Assembly (NCBI GenBank): GCA_965178125.1
Contig: OZ237748.1
Span: 1-64,000 of the forward strand
Source: Bilabrum cf. latius
Taxonomy: Eukaryota
Length of the DNA stretch: 64,000 bases
Direction: 5' to 3'
Shown here: piece by piece, positions 1 through 11,594 of the stretch
How the letters are laid out: every line of letters begins with the position of its first letter
How positions within the stretch are numbered: position 1 is the first letter of the stretch
Notes under the pieces: model-generated
Seen by the model: the letters and a program-made list of their open reading frames with translations, nothing else
What the model was told of the DNA's origin: nothing
Database searches by the model: none
Program-made: the position numbers and the translations under genes

Positions 1-515
1 CAACTCATATCTATGCAGAGCCAAATGTTACTAAGAGTGTCAGTGCCGGTAAAACCGACCTGACCGTTCGAGAGCGTTTTCACATTAGTACTATCGTAAC
101 CAAAGATGTTATAGACATAATTGTTGTTAAACATGTTTTGCCATGCGGAGGTGTCAGTGTAGCGAAACTCTATGATTCCGCCGTCAACGCTATCTTCAAA
201 ATCTAGACTTTGCACCCACTGCACAGCTAGAATCCCAAAAGGAAAGTCCATAGGTACCTTAAAATGCATACTGGCAGTTGTATTGCTAGGGTAGGAATTC
301 AACGTGTCGGTGATCAGGGCTTTAGGAAAGGTTGGAGCGAAGCTAAATCTTGTTTTAGAAGGTTGACCGATATGCCATATTCCCGTGCTATCCAGTTCGT
401 AGAAAACCGAATTGTAATAGGAAGTATCAGCGCCATCAAAGTACTGCGAATAGGATTGAGCCTCCAGGCCCAGGTTAATCAATAAAAAGGAAAAGGCTAG
501 GTATAATTGTTTCAT
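1..515 (-). CDS. Bacterial secreted protein, N-terminal part (3' end outside window); resembles Bacteroidota T9SS-sorted proteins
   Basis: Not in the ORF track because there is no stop in the window. ATG at 515 gives MKQLYLAFSFLLINLGLEAQSYSQYFDGADTS...WHIGQPSK...LITDTLNSYPSN...DGGIIEF, with a signal peptide ending in AQ as is typical of Bacteroidota. The T9SS assignment is from resemblance only. Confidence 0.65.
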   Translation of the reverse strand, partial: MKQLYLAFSFLLINLGLEAQSYSQYFDGADTSYYNSVFYELDSTGIWHIGQPSKTRFSFAPTFPKALITDTLNSYPSNTTASMHFKVPMDFPFGILAVQWVQSLDFEDSVDGGIIEFRYTDTSAWQNMFNNNYVYNIFGYDSTNVKTLSNGQVGFTGTDTLSNIWLCIDMS

Positions 516-566
516 AGTGCAGAATTTGCACTAAGATAGAGAAAGTTTATGGCTGCATTGAACTCT

Positions 567-1127
567 TCAATACATCTTATTCTTGCTACTTTGATTCGAT
601 TCAGCTTTTGCCTTTATTTCTGCCAACCAAATATCATGAAGCTTCTCAAGTTTATTCGGCTGAAAAGTCTTTTCAAAGAAGGTGAGCCAGCCGTATTGAC
701 TTTCGTCGGTGATTAACCTACAACCATTTTCGAGAGGGATGATGAGCCAGGCATGATAACCTTTAATACTGCTTTTTTCAGATTCCCAGCTTAATCGATA
801 TGGTGCATCAAACTCTTTGATGGTGGATCTGAAGTTTAAGCCCATAGTCTTCCAGGTGAAGATGCTGGTGTCTTGTAGAGCACCTGATGTTGAATTAAGG
901 ATTCTCACATTTTCCGCTCCTTCATACCAGTTTGGCCAGTCTTCAGCCTCTAATAGAATTTGCCATATTACTTCTGCAGGTGCCTCAATGAAGATTTCGT
1001 TGTGCACAAAGAATTTCCGTTGATCTTCTTGGTAGGGTGGGGGCCAATTAATTGAATAGTCTTGTTGAGCCCAGGACAGGTGACTCAGGAAGAGCAAGCC
1101 TAACATCATTGCATTTTTCATAATCAA
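567..1127 (-). CDS. SRPBCC/START-like (polyketide cyclase-like) family protein with signal peptide, bacterial
   Basis: HNEIFIEAPAEVIWQILLEAEDWPNW...FTWKTMG...LSWES...GYHAWLIIP is an SRPBCC pattern. Confidence 0.8.
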   Translation of the reverse strand: MIMKNAMMLGLLFLSHLSWAQQDYSINWPPPYQEDQRKFFVHNEIFIEAPAEVIWQILLEAEDWPNWYEGAENVRILNSTSGALQDTSIFTWKTMGLNFRSTIKEFDAPYRLSWESEKSSIKGYHAWLIIPLENGCRLITDESQYGWLTFFEKTFQPNKLEKLHDIWLAEIKAKAESNQSSKNKMY

Positions 1128-1190
1128 ATTTTACAGCAATGATAGACTTCAAGCTCAGCTTGAAACGATAACAAATGTTATCAAATAGGA

Positions 1191-1463
1191 CTATGCTTTG
1201 ATGAGATGCTTTTTAGAGAAATACGGATTTCCGTAAGTGTTGATTTCCTCTTCATTTAAGGTATGAATTCGGAATAGATGGCAAATCGGACAATAAGCGG
1301 CTAATGCTGTAAGCATTATTAGACCAGAGAAAATACTTACGGCCAAACCGGTTGGATCCAGAGAAGCCCCGTTAAAATACCAGAGTCCAATTACTAGCAA
1401 AAGGAAGGAAAACCAGAAACGAAGACGGCGATCGATACGCCCAATATTGCGGCTACTTTTCAT
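1191..1463 (-). CDS. DUF2892 / YgaP-like small membrane protein, bacterial
   Basis: NIGRIDRRLR, two TM helices, then YCPICHLFRIHT. Likely start is ATG at 1463. The gene ends in TAG. Confidence 0.8.
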   Translation of the reverse strand: MKSSRNIGRIDRRLRFWFSFLLLVIGLWYFNGASLDPTGLAVSIFSGLIMLTALAAYCPICHLFRIHTLNEEEINTYGNPYFSKKHLIKA

Positions 1464-1591
1464 AGTGGGATGATTTAGAGCCCCCTCCAAATCTTCAACT
1501 AAATTAATGTAGCAATGCGGAATTAAAAACCAATTCGAGGCTTTTGTTGGCGAATGAAGGATATCCGGTGACGAAAGAATTTCATCAACAA

Positions 1592-2839
1592 CTAATTGTT
1601 GATTTTCTGAAGCTTAGATTGGAGGAACTCGATTTCTAAGCTATTGGTGCATAGTTCTATAGCTCTTAATAGGCTTTCCTTTGCTTCTATAAATCTGTTT
1701 TGTTTCAGAAGTATTTCAGCTTTGGTTGCTTCGTATAAATAGCGGCGCCCTTCCAGCTTAGCAGGTCTAATAGTTCTTAGCTTTAATTCTGCTTCATTTA
1801 CTTGTTCCATCGCTAAATGAATATTTACCTGCGATAAAAGAATGGAGTCAGAAGCTTGAATTTTATACCAGTTGGAGTAGTGATCCATAATACGGTCCCA
1901 ATTGGTTTCTTTGAAGCTTTTAGCCAAGCAGTGTTCAAAGGCGATTAGCGCTTCAAAATGATAAGTTGAGCGATCCGGATAGTCTCCCAAAGCTCGGATA
2001 AGTGCATCCCTTCCTAAATCAATTAATGGTTTATACCATTTAGTTCGATCCTGATTTTTAAGATCAACGATTTCATTGTTGTTAACCTTGGTGTCGAGTC
2101 GAGCAGAATTGAAGCAAAGCAAGGCGAAGAGGGCATAGAGGCTTCCATCTCTTAGCGAGTTTTTACTCAGTAACAGTTTGCACAATCTAAGGGCTTCGCC
2201 ACAAAGGTCTTTGTTTATCAGTAGTTCCGGTTTATTGGAATGAAAACCTTCGTTGAAAATGAGATAGATGATTTGCATTACCCCCCTAAGACGAAAGTTA
2301 ATTTCGGAAGGATCAGGGTATTCTAACTTTAATTCTTCTTCCTTGATTTTCCTTCTTGCGCGGCTGAGGCGCTTTTTAACGGTTTCCTCTTTCTGAAGAA
2401 GCGCAGAAGCAATTTCCTTACCTGAAAACCCCGAAATCGATTTTAAGGCAAAGCAAATTTGTTCATCCCTCGAGAAGATAGGATTACAGGCCAGGAACAA
2501 CATCCGTAGTTGAGAGTCCTGAATTTCGTGCTCCAGGAAAATTTCCTCAACTTCTATAGCAACCGAGCCATGCAGAGAAGATATCTCTCTTTTTTCTCTG
2601 GCTTGGACCTGCCTGAAAATATCCAGGACTCTATTTTTTGCGGCTTGAGTTAGCCAGGCTTCTGGATTTTCCGGCTGTTGATTTCTCCACTGGAGAGATG
2701 CCTTCATAAAAGTATCCTGAATAGCATCCTCGATGGTTTCCAGATGGGCCGGACCAAAGACTTTTACCAAAATGGCGACCATCTTTCCGTAATGATGACG
2801 GAAAAGATGGTCTACCATTGGATTTGTTTTACTGGTCAA
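1592..2839 (-). CDS. ECF RNA polymerase sigma-70 factor with long C-terminal extension (YciI/DGPF-associated type)
   Basis: Sigma2 region (LFRHHYGKMVAIL...IEDAIQD...PEAWL..AKNRVLD), sigma4 region (GFSGKEIASALL...KRLSRAR) and an IYLIFNEG extension. It overlaps the upstream YciI gene and ends in TAG. Confidence 0.9.
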   Translation of the reverse strand: MTSKTNPMVDHLFRHHYGKMVAILVKVFGPAHLETIEDAIQDTFMKASLQWRNQQPENPEAWLTQAAKNRVLDIFRQVQAREKREISSLHGSVAIEVEEIFLEHEIQDSQLRMLFLACNPIFSRDEQICFALKSISGFSGKEIASALLQKEETVKKRLSRARRKIKEEELKLEYPDPSEINFRLRGVMQIIYLIFNEGFHSNKPELLINKDLCGEALRLCKLLLSKNSLRDGSLYALFALLCFNSARLDTKVNNNEIVDLKNQDRTKWYKPLIDLGRDALIRALGDYPDRSTYHFEALIAFEHCLAKSFKETNWDRIMDHYSNWYKIQASDSILLSQVNIHLAMEQVNEAELKLRTIRPAKLEGRRYLYEATKAEILLKQNRFIEAKESLLRAIELCTNSLEIEFLQSKLQKINN

Positions 2840-3176
2840 ACTTTACAACTTCTCGGATTTCGACAGATCCTCCAAGATCATAATCAGGATAGTCCTGAGA
2901 CACCACAATAGCGGCATCGTAATCGGCGACTTCTATAGTATAGTATCCACCGACCAGTTCTTTACTCTCCACGAATGGGCCATCAGTAACAATACGATCC
3001 GGACCAGATACTCTCTTTCCCCCTGCATGTAAGGCCTCTCCACCTCGAAGGATACCTTGCTGTTCCATTTTTTTACCCCAGCTGAACCATTGATTCATTC
3101 GACCTTGTAATTCTTCCGGTGAAAGTCCTAACTCTTCGTAGGTAGGGCCTAGAAATAATAACATGAATTCTTTCAT
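2829..3176 (-). CDS. YciI/DGPF-domain protein
   Basis: VTDGPFVESKELVGGYY...GGSVEIREV motif, in the usual operon arrangement with the sigma factor. Confidence 0.9.
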   Translation of the reverse strand: MKEFMLLFLGPTYEELGLSPEELQGRMNQWFSWGKKMEQQGILRGGEALHAGGKRVSGPDRIVTDGPFVESKELVGGYYTIEVADYDAAIVVSQDYPDYDLGGSVEIREVVKFDQ

Positions 3177-3229
3177 TTTCTTAAGGATTGATGATGGTTA
3201 AATTAATGAATTTGGATTGAGCCTAAGGC

Positions 3230-3442
3230 TTAATTAGGTGAATGAAGCCCTACTCGATTTCCTTCTGTATCTAAAAACATTGCGATGAATCCGCTCTCTC
3301 CAATTGAGGTTTTGGGAACCAAAATTTGACCTCCGGCATTTTCAACTCTTGCGAGACAAGGGGAGAGATCATTACCCGTATTAAGATATATGGTACTACC
3401 TTCTGCAGAAGGGGTAAAGCCTTCACCACTAGCGATAGATAC
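3230..3442 (-). CDS. VOC/glyoxalase-bleomycin resistance family protein, C-terminal 70 aa only (5' part replaced by telomere tract)
   Basis: Hand translation: VSIASGEGFTPSAEGSTIYLNTGNDLSPCLARVENAGGQILVPKTSIGESGFIAMFLDTEGNRVGLHSPN*. The AGG..PKT..G.IA.F.DTEGN.VGL pattern is a VOC C-terminal signature. Confidence 0.85.
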   Translation of the reverse strand, partial: VSIASGEGFTPSAEGSTIYLNTGNDLSPCLARVENAGGQILVPKTSIGESGFIAMFLDTEGNRVGLHSPN

Positions 3443-4403
3443 CCTAACCCTAACCCTAACCCTAACCCTAACCCTAACCTAACCCTAACCCTAACCCTAA
3501 CCCTAACCCTAACCCTAACCCTAACCCTAACCCTAACCCTAACCCTAACCCTAACCCTAACCCTAACCCTAACCCTAACCCTAACCCTAACCCTAACCCT
3601 AACCCTAACCCTAACCCTAACCCTAACCCTAACCCTAACCCTAACCCTAACCCTAACCCTAACCCTAACCCTAACCCTAACCCTAACCCTAACCCTAACC
3701 CTAACCCTAACCCTAACCCTAACCCTAACCCTAACCCTAACCCTAACCCTAACCCTAACCCTAACCCTAACCCTAACCCTAACCCTAACCCTAACCCTAA
3801 CCCTAACCCTAACCCTAACCCTAACCCTAACCCTAACCCTAACCCTAACCCTAACCCTAACCCTAACCCTAACCCTAACCCTAACCCTAACCCTAACCCT
3901 AACCCTAACCCTAACCCTAACCCTAACCCTAACCCTAACCCTAACCCTAACCCTAACCCTAACCCTAACCCTAACCCTAACCCTAACCCTAACCCTAACC
4001 CTAACCCTAACCCTAACCCTAACCCTAACCCTAACCCTAACCCTAACCCTAACCCTAACCCTAACCCTAACCCTAACCCTAACCCTAACCCTAACCCTAA
4101 CCCTAACCCTAACCCTAACCCTAACCCTAACCCTAACCCTAACCCTAACCCTAACCCTAACCCTAACCCTAACCCTAACCCTAACCCTAACCCTAACCCT
4201 AACCCTAACCCTAACCCTAACCCTAACCCTAACCCTAACCCTAACCCTAACCCTAACCCTAACCCTAACCCTAACCCTAACCCTAACCCTAACCCTAACC
4301 CTAACCCTAACCCTAACCCTAACCCTAACCCTAACCCTAACCCTAACCCTAACCCTAACCCTAACCCTAACCCTAACCCTAACCCTAACCCTAACCCTAA
4401 CCC
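3442..4403. repeat. Telomeric tract T1, (CCCTAA)n, about 160 units
   Basis: Near-perfect hexamer array with one CCTAA variant near 3477. It is TTAGGG on the - strand. Confidence 0.98.
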
Positions 4404-5186
4404 CGAAGATGCTTGAGCACATGGAGAGAGCAGAACACATCAAGTGTACCTGCAACTCCAAGCAAATGCAAAACAATCATGCAATTCGTGCAACAGGTGT
4501 GAACAGCCCGACCTAGAGTCGAGGTGATCAACCTCCTGCCGCGTGCCGCTTGAGACAGCCAAGAACAACAGTCCCGGCAGCGACTACAATAGCCGCACAG
4601 TCCACCAAGCAAACACTATCCAGCATGGAATTATTTATATCACGTCATGCAAATTGTGCATCAAGACAGCGAAGGCACCGCAGAGGTGGCAACGCCAGTC
4701 TTGGCTGGAAATCTCCCCAGCGCCACAAGCGAAGATGCTTGAGCACATGGAGAGAGCAGAACACATCAAGTGTACCTGCAACTCCAAGCAAATGCAAAAC
4801 AATCATGCAATTCGTGCAACAGGTGTGAACAGCCCGACCTAGAGTCGAGGTGAGCAACCTCCTGCCGCGTGCCGCTTGAGACAGCCAAGAACAACAGTCC
4901 CGGCAGCGACTACAACAGCCGCACAGTCCACCAAGCAAACACTATCCAGCATGGAATTGTTTATATCACGTCATGCAAATTGTGCATCAAGACAGCGAAG
5001 GCACCGCAGAGGTGGCAACGCCAGTCTTGGCTGGAAATCTCCCCAGCGCCACAAGCGAAGATGCTTGAGCACATGGAGAGAGCAGAACACATCAAGTGTA
5101 CCTGCAACTCCAAGCAAATGCAAAACAATCATGCAATCCGTGCAACAGGTGTGAACAGCCCGACCTAGAGTCGAGGTGATCATCCT
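4404..5186. repeat. 326-bp subtelomeric tandem repeat, about 2.4 copies
   Basis: CGAAGATGCTTGAG recurs at 4404, 4730 and 5056, and the copies are nearly identical. Confidence 0.95.
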
Positions 5187-5476
5187 CCCGCTGGACCAGT
5201 TCAAAACATCAAGCAGTGGGAATCACCTCCTATGGAGTTGCCCCTGCCTGTCTTCCCAGTGTGTATTGCCACATAATGACAATTATTACTGAGAATATCG
5301 GGGCACAGCTGTAGAACACAGGTGCCACCGAAATTCCGAACAAGTGAGAGCCTCACATCTGCGCTCGGACTTGCGACCAATACTACACAATCTCTCCGAT
5401 CTAAATCACTTCGTAACGTGCCTCCGTACCTACGGCACACAACTGACGGGCCCAGCGCCCACCTGCAGGAGGCTCG

Positions 5477-8400
5477 ATGCGACTAGCATGGTCGTCACAC
5501 ATTGATGGCGGTGATAGCGTCTTCAAGGATGAGCAGACTGCCATGCGATGGTCTTCGTTAGAGAAACACGGGGATACCTTGGAGGTTGCGAGCGTGGTGG
5601 CCAAGGTGCATGCTCTGCGCCAGCAAAGTCCGCACGGTATTGGTGGCACGAACATTCGGGTCCTGGCAGCTGGGGCTTAGGCAGACGTGTCTAGATATAG
5701 CAAACACATTGAGTAGCAGTGCAAACGTGAGTACCAGTGGACTCTCGACAAAGCTGACAGGGGAGGCTGGTCCTCAGTGCTCCCGCACGCTGGAACCTTG
5801 TGGAGTCGGGCCGTGCATCAAGCGTCATCGAGCGGCCAGAGCGATCAATAGGCTAATCTACCAAAGCTTCATGTCCTGAGCGGTCTTGCAACTGATATTC
5901 ACGTTCAGCTTTTCGACGTTGGTGCAGCTACAGTGTCTGTCATGGTGCCGGGTGGTTTGCTTGCCTTCTGTCGAGACCTGATCGACGCCTTTGAACCTCC
6001 TATTAGGTCACTGCAACACACGCTTGATTCTGAAGGGGTTGTGGAACTAGCAAACGACGAGGGATTCTGGACCCAAGGATCACACATCGATGTCATTCGG
6101 AGTTGTTTGCTGTACGTGTTTGGCTCGGGCCTACGAGCTGCTGCCAAGAAGCTCGATTGGTAGGGACCCGAGCTAGTGATTCGTGTATAGCGCGGAGGTG
6201 GGCAAACTGGTGGATTCAAGTCATCTCTCACGCATGTTGCCAGTGGGCGAGGCCCGTAGACAAGCAGATTCTGGCCCAGTTCTCACACTCGGGACCGTAG
6301 TCCATCACGATTTCTGTCAAGTGCATTTCATTGGGTGCGATGCTTGGGGTATCCTGCTGTTGGTCAGACTGATGTGTCTGACTCCGACTCCGAGTCTGAC
6401 TCCAGGTCTGACTCCGACTCTGGTGTGAGTGAGGCCACAGAAGCAAGGCAAGCAGAATCCGTTGCAGTGCTTGGCCGGGACAACTGGCTCTAGGATCAGG
6501 ACGGCTTGCTGCGGCGCATGGTGCACGTTTCTCACTACAACCGATTCCTCATGATATTGCTCATGAGGCAGGTGGCAAGATGCTCAGTGTTTTATGTATA
6601 GCGAGTCGGCTGCAAGGCTTGCAAGCCGATGTCTCTCTTGCTGCAGGCTGCACAGCAACAGATGCGCAGAGCAGAGGCAGACATTGCTGCTCAGCAGTCA
6701 GCACGGGAGCGCGCTCGACAAGCTGCGATGGATGAAAGCGATGAAGAGGACGCCAGAGGACGGAGAGGTGAGTGGTTTGGTCCGACAGGAGATCGCAGTG
6801 ACGGGACATCAAGGACTCCCACAGGTCCAAGCTCTACAACAGCTGCCAGCAGCAAGCCAAAGACGCGTGTTGCCAGTCGATAGATGCAGACTGGCGTGGC
6901 GCAGGCGCGTGCATGGAGTGGATCTTAGTAGCGTCGAGGTATGCGAGATCTTGCGGCCATCATTCATCCGCATGGTCTGCTGACTCCCCAGCAAGACGCA
7001 GACATGGCCACGTACTGCAGTTTTGGCGTTGGCTTTGAATTGTGTGGCCAGCCCTCGCACACAGTAGCAATTCCCAACCCAGCTATGATAAAGTTCATGC
7101 ACAGCAGTCGTGATGAGCTTTTGCAAGAGGTTGTGCATGGTACGCCGCTCGAACGGGCTCGGTACGCCGTGGTGCGAGAGGCTACTCGTCCCTACGGGGC
7201 ACTGGCGTCGGTTGGCGAGTACGCTGGGACATTGCAAGGGAAGCTGCCGTCTTCTATCTCTTGGGGTGACATCGCTGCAATACACCAGCGTGTACTTGCC
7301 AAGGATACCGCGCATGCAACCAGTGACGACGGGGGTATATCGTCCTTCCTGCCATTTGGCTGCCTGCTGTCGTCGTAGTTGCACGTGTATCAGCCCGGAG
7401 CGTTCCGATCCCAATAGCCAAGTCCAGGGACGCACGATTCCGCGCATGATCTATTTCGGCGGCGTGTTCTCTCCAGGCTGCGCCACTCTGCTGAGACAGA
7501 CGCACAAAGAGCAGTTGCACCCGTTGCGCGAGGTAGAGATGTCGCAGCTGCTAGTGGAGCACTCGAGACACTGCCAATTCGCAGGCATATACAGTGTGGG
7601 CTTCAAACAGCATACGAACAAAGCATGCAAAGGCTGTCGAAAGGCCTGAAAGGGTCAACGCGAGGCGAATTCGACGTGCCCGCATCAACCATGGCCTTGA
7701 TGCTGGGCTGCGTGATGCTACCAGCTGAAGCAATCTACTAGCAGCAGCGCCCTGAGCACCGCGCCTAGACTACTGAAGAGTATTCTGAAGCTCCTTTCGC
7801 ACGCCATTTCATAGAAGTCGTGCATGACGATGTCATGGAGGACTACATACAGTTGGTTTACACTACTTTCAATCGAGCCCTCCAAAGGATCCAGAGGTTG
7901 CTTGTGGCATCTGTCTGCGGTTCTGACAGGATTCCGACATTCCAACGTTCTGCAATGTGGGCGCTAGCGGCATCAATGTCCCGGTGTTGCTTAGAAGGAT
8001 GGGTGGCTTTACGAACGGATGCATGGTCGCAGGTTGTTGCAGAACAAACTGCTGTGACATGGCTACCTGCAACAAGGCCTGTCCTGCGCAACCTTGGACC
8101 TGCTACAATTGAGTGGCAGGTCGTCCGCGACTGTCTGCAGTCATCTGGGTGCATGCCAGAGCAATCTGCTGTTGTTGCAGTCGCAGCAGCAATCGTCGAT
8201 CAAGTTGCCAGTGCCGTGCATTCCGTTCGCGCTGGGGACGGCCACGGCTCGCGCCTGAACTCGTGGACGGTTTTAGCCGTATGTGAAATCATAGTTACGT
8301 CTTGGAGCCTTTGCGCCGTAGCAGAGTGCAACGGAATGACATGGCAAGTGGCCAGGAGGTCCACGCAATATGCCCTCTGTGGGCTTGTGTCGGCGCACGA

Positions 8401-10252
8401 TAGCGAGCAGTTTAGGATGGGGATTAGTGGTGTCAATAGCGGGGTCGCAGGATTTCGCGCAATGGTACGAGCTGACGTTGTGGCGGCCATTCTAGACAAA
8501 CTTCCTGTTCGGTGCTAGCTAGTCTATGACATGCGGGCGCTGACCGGTATCAACGTTGCTATCACGATTGAGATGGAGCTCAGGAAGCTGTATCTGGCAC
8601 AGTTGCATTTGCCAAAGCTCCACCTACGCAACGGCACACGGAAGGGAATGCTAGCAAGGGGTAGTCTGGCTGTAGCACTGTACGGGCAGCTTGTGTCTCG
8701 ATTGAAGTGCTCGAGGAGCTCGATCTTGGTGGGTCTGAGGTCGTGCATATCGAAGACAGCAGTCTGCCCGTACCCCACCGCGGCTGCCATGTGGCGCGGG
8801 TCGACGAATGCAGGCAATTTCAGGGCAGATTACGCTACCAAGTCCTCTGCTCGAGCGTCTGGCCTTCCTGTTGCCGTTCTGACGACAGAGTCCCCAACCA
8901 TGCAGCGCACGCTTCCTGCGGAATCCTCAGTAAAGACGTCGTATGTCGCGGCTCTGCTGCGAGCCGTTGTGAGCACCAGGCCGCAAGGACAGCCATCAGT
9001 AGCAGACGAGCAGTTCCGCAGCATGCTGTCCCAATGGCTGCTTCCAGCTTGCGTAATTGGATCTGCAACATTGCTACCAGACCGTATACAGCGAACTTAG
9101 CTGCCTGGAATCAAGCGACCGAGAGGTGATCAAGCACCAGACGCGGAGGATGGACCGACCGTGGTGGTTGGGCCACCTCCAGCATCCGCATAGCCTGCCG
9201 TCATTGTTGCCCAGCGCGTCGAAGAGTTCATGGTGGAGCATGGCAAGTGGCAGATTCCAAGGTTTGGTGACAAGCAGACGTTTCAGGGAACCTTGAACCG
9301 ACCAGATGGGTCTCTCAGGCGGGTGATCGATGTATGCTACCATGGCGCAGGCCTGTGCGTGGACCTGCAAGCAGCTCCATTCACCGTGCCTGCACTTTCG
9401 GATGCTCCGTACAACAAGTTGGCGGGCAAGGGAGACCTACGAATCTGCATGCAGGACGACTTAAAGATTGTGCATGCTGCTCGCACGGAAGTCGCTCGCA
9501 TCATTGGCGGTCAGGAACGTCTAAAGAGGATCCACAGATATAGGATATGGCAGGCAACCAGGGAAAGTTATCCCGCGCTGCCCAACGATACGCCCGATTT
9601 GTTCCGGCGTGCTTGCTCTGGTGAAGACATCGGGGCTACCAGCGCATCAACGCAGTAGCCTTCAGCATCATTGAGTCCTGTCATGGAGAACCATGCAAGC
9701 CAGCAATGGCCCTCCGAACACAGTGATGAAGAGCATGATGAAATGCCGCGTTCCAAGAAGCGCTTCCGGCGGCCAGACATCCCAATAGCTTCACTGACCG
9801 GAACGTCGGGAGCTGTCAGTGACGGTGGTTTCAAGCCTCCGGCAATTGGCAACTACCAGTCTGGGCGGCCAGCATCCAGTGGAGCTGGGAGTGGTGGTGA
9901 CGCGTTTACATTGCAGTCGTCACTAGGCATAGACGCAAGGAAACGTGCAGCATTGGCTGGTCTGGCACCGCCCTAGGGTTCCTCGAGCGGCACCGCAGCA
10001 GCACCCAGGGGGATCCAGCGGCTTGCAGCATCTAGCGAGGCAGAAGGAGCAGACGAGGAGGACGAGCAACGCTTGGCGATATCGCCCGTGTCAAGTTCGA
10101 GCCTACGTAGTCATGGCTCAGAAGCGTTGGAGCATGCCTACTCAGGTGCTCGTGGTGAAGTGGAGACGCTGGTTCCAGGCCATCCGCCGCAATGGATCTC
10201 CATTCCAGCCCTCGACGACGTATACTGGGACCATGACACGTATTGGGATTGA
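5477..10252 (+). CDS. 1591-aa orphan protein (TAG read as Gln), function unknown
   Basis: ORF-track pieces at 5477, 5933, 6629, 6941, 7820, 8531, 9230 and 9671 share one frame. Hand translation of the gaps found 20 TAG and no TAA/TGA until TGA at 10250-10252. Confidence 0.8.
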
Positions 10253-11594
10253 CAAATTGAACAAGAGTTTAGCTATGAGCAAGTACTATTCGACCTATGC
10301 TGAACAGTTTTCTAGAAATGGTCTGGAAACCAATATATGGGGCTGCCTCCAACACGTCGTCCTACATGTTGTACCAAGCCACATACTCCGTTCCGTAGAT
10401 TGGTTGTTGTACAAGTACTAAGACTTTATGTATCGAGTTGGGATGCGGTCCACAAAGCGTACTGATCCCAATCGTGCACGGACACATCCGGTGACCTGAC
10501 TTGCTGTGGTGACTGCCTGCCAGTGGGCTGATTCCGACGTCCGGGTTATCAATTCCGTCCTAGGATGCCGCCGAAATGTTTCATTGAAACCTACTTAGTA
10601 TCGTAGCCTGAGGTGCCGGTCAGTTGGTCAGCAAAGGAAGTCGCTTGTGCTGGCTGGCACTGAGGAGCAGTGGGGGCTTCAGCATGTCAACTGGAGGACA
10701 GCGATGCCTGCTGCGTAGCGTGTGGAATTAGACTAGATTGAATTGATGTATGAATATGATGCGCCAGCGTTATCAAATCGCGAAGCTGTGCACGGTTCTC
10801 GTATACTTCTGGCAGCTGGAGCACCTGCTAACGTGAGCAAATCTCAAATATTCCCCCAAGTAATGCATAAATCGAACTGATAGCTATGATCAAGTGCAAC
10901 GAAATAATAACTTGCTTGAAACAATGACGAGATTGACCGTATACACTGCTGAGTCTGGCTGCATCGTGAAGCTCAGACGCCGCGCCGCGGCATGCTGGTT
11001 CCGCTGTTCGCGACCGTTTGTGGATTCTGGCGCAACCACACCTCTCCGCGCCACAGACCGGCTCAACTGTCCTGGGGGCTGTTGGGATTCATGTTAATTA
11101 CCATTTACTGCCATACATCGTTGTGTGTTCAAGGTGGAATGCTGCTGTGGCTCTGCTTTGGTCTCGTCTCCTTGGGGCGCGCGATGGCGTTTGCAGACAG
11201 AACAGCTAGGTACCGCATAGCCCGAGTACAACAACCGCCAGGTATTTTGATTCTATTGTATTCATTCAGTTTGTTTGCTTTGTATTTGTGTTAGGTTCTG
11301 GCATCTGAATGGGAAGGTCGCTGGTCTGCTGACGTGCTTGTGCGTTGTCCAGTTTTCATGACAGCACTCAGGTATGCTGCCATGCATCGAGGGGCTATAA
11401 ATTTGTTTTCAATCGTTTCATTCTTTTCCTATGCATTGCAGGCAGCCTTTAGGACCCACCTGTGCTGATGAGACCCTCTCGCCGCTTCTGGCAAACATTG
11501 CATGGAACTGAGCAGATCCGTGCGGTGGGCGAGCAGAGAGTCAGACCGGCCAACCGTATAGGGATCCGTACGGATGGCGGTTGATTCTTTGGTC

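Noticed and set aside
3230-4403. Telomerase-capped horizontally transferred bacterial DNA or a nanochromosome
   Set aside because: The tract orientation is wrong for addition onto the bacterial end, and no opposing (TTAGGG)n tract exists in the window.
3271-4516. ORFs of poly-VR, poly-LT, poly-NP or poly-LG (also 11734-13188, 17501-17827, 20835-22220)
   Set aside because: They are translations of the telomeric hexamer, not genes.
11465-11496. Possible hammerhead ribozyme core (CTGATGAG)
   Set aside because: I found no properly placed GAAA or supporting stems; GCAAAC follows instead.
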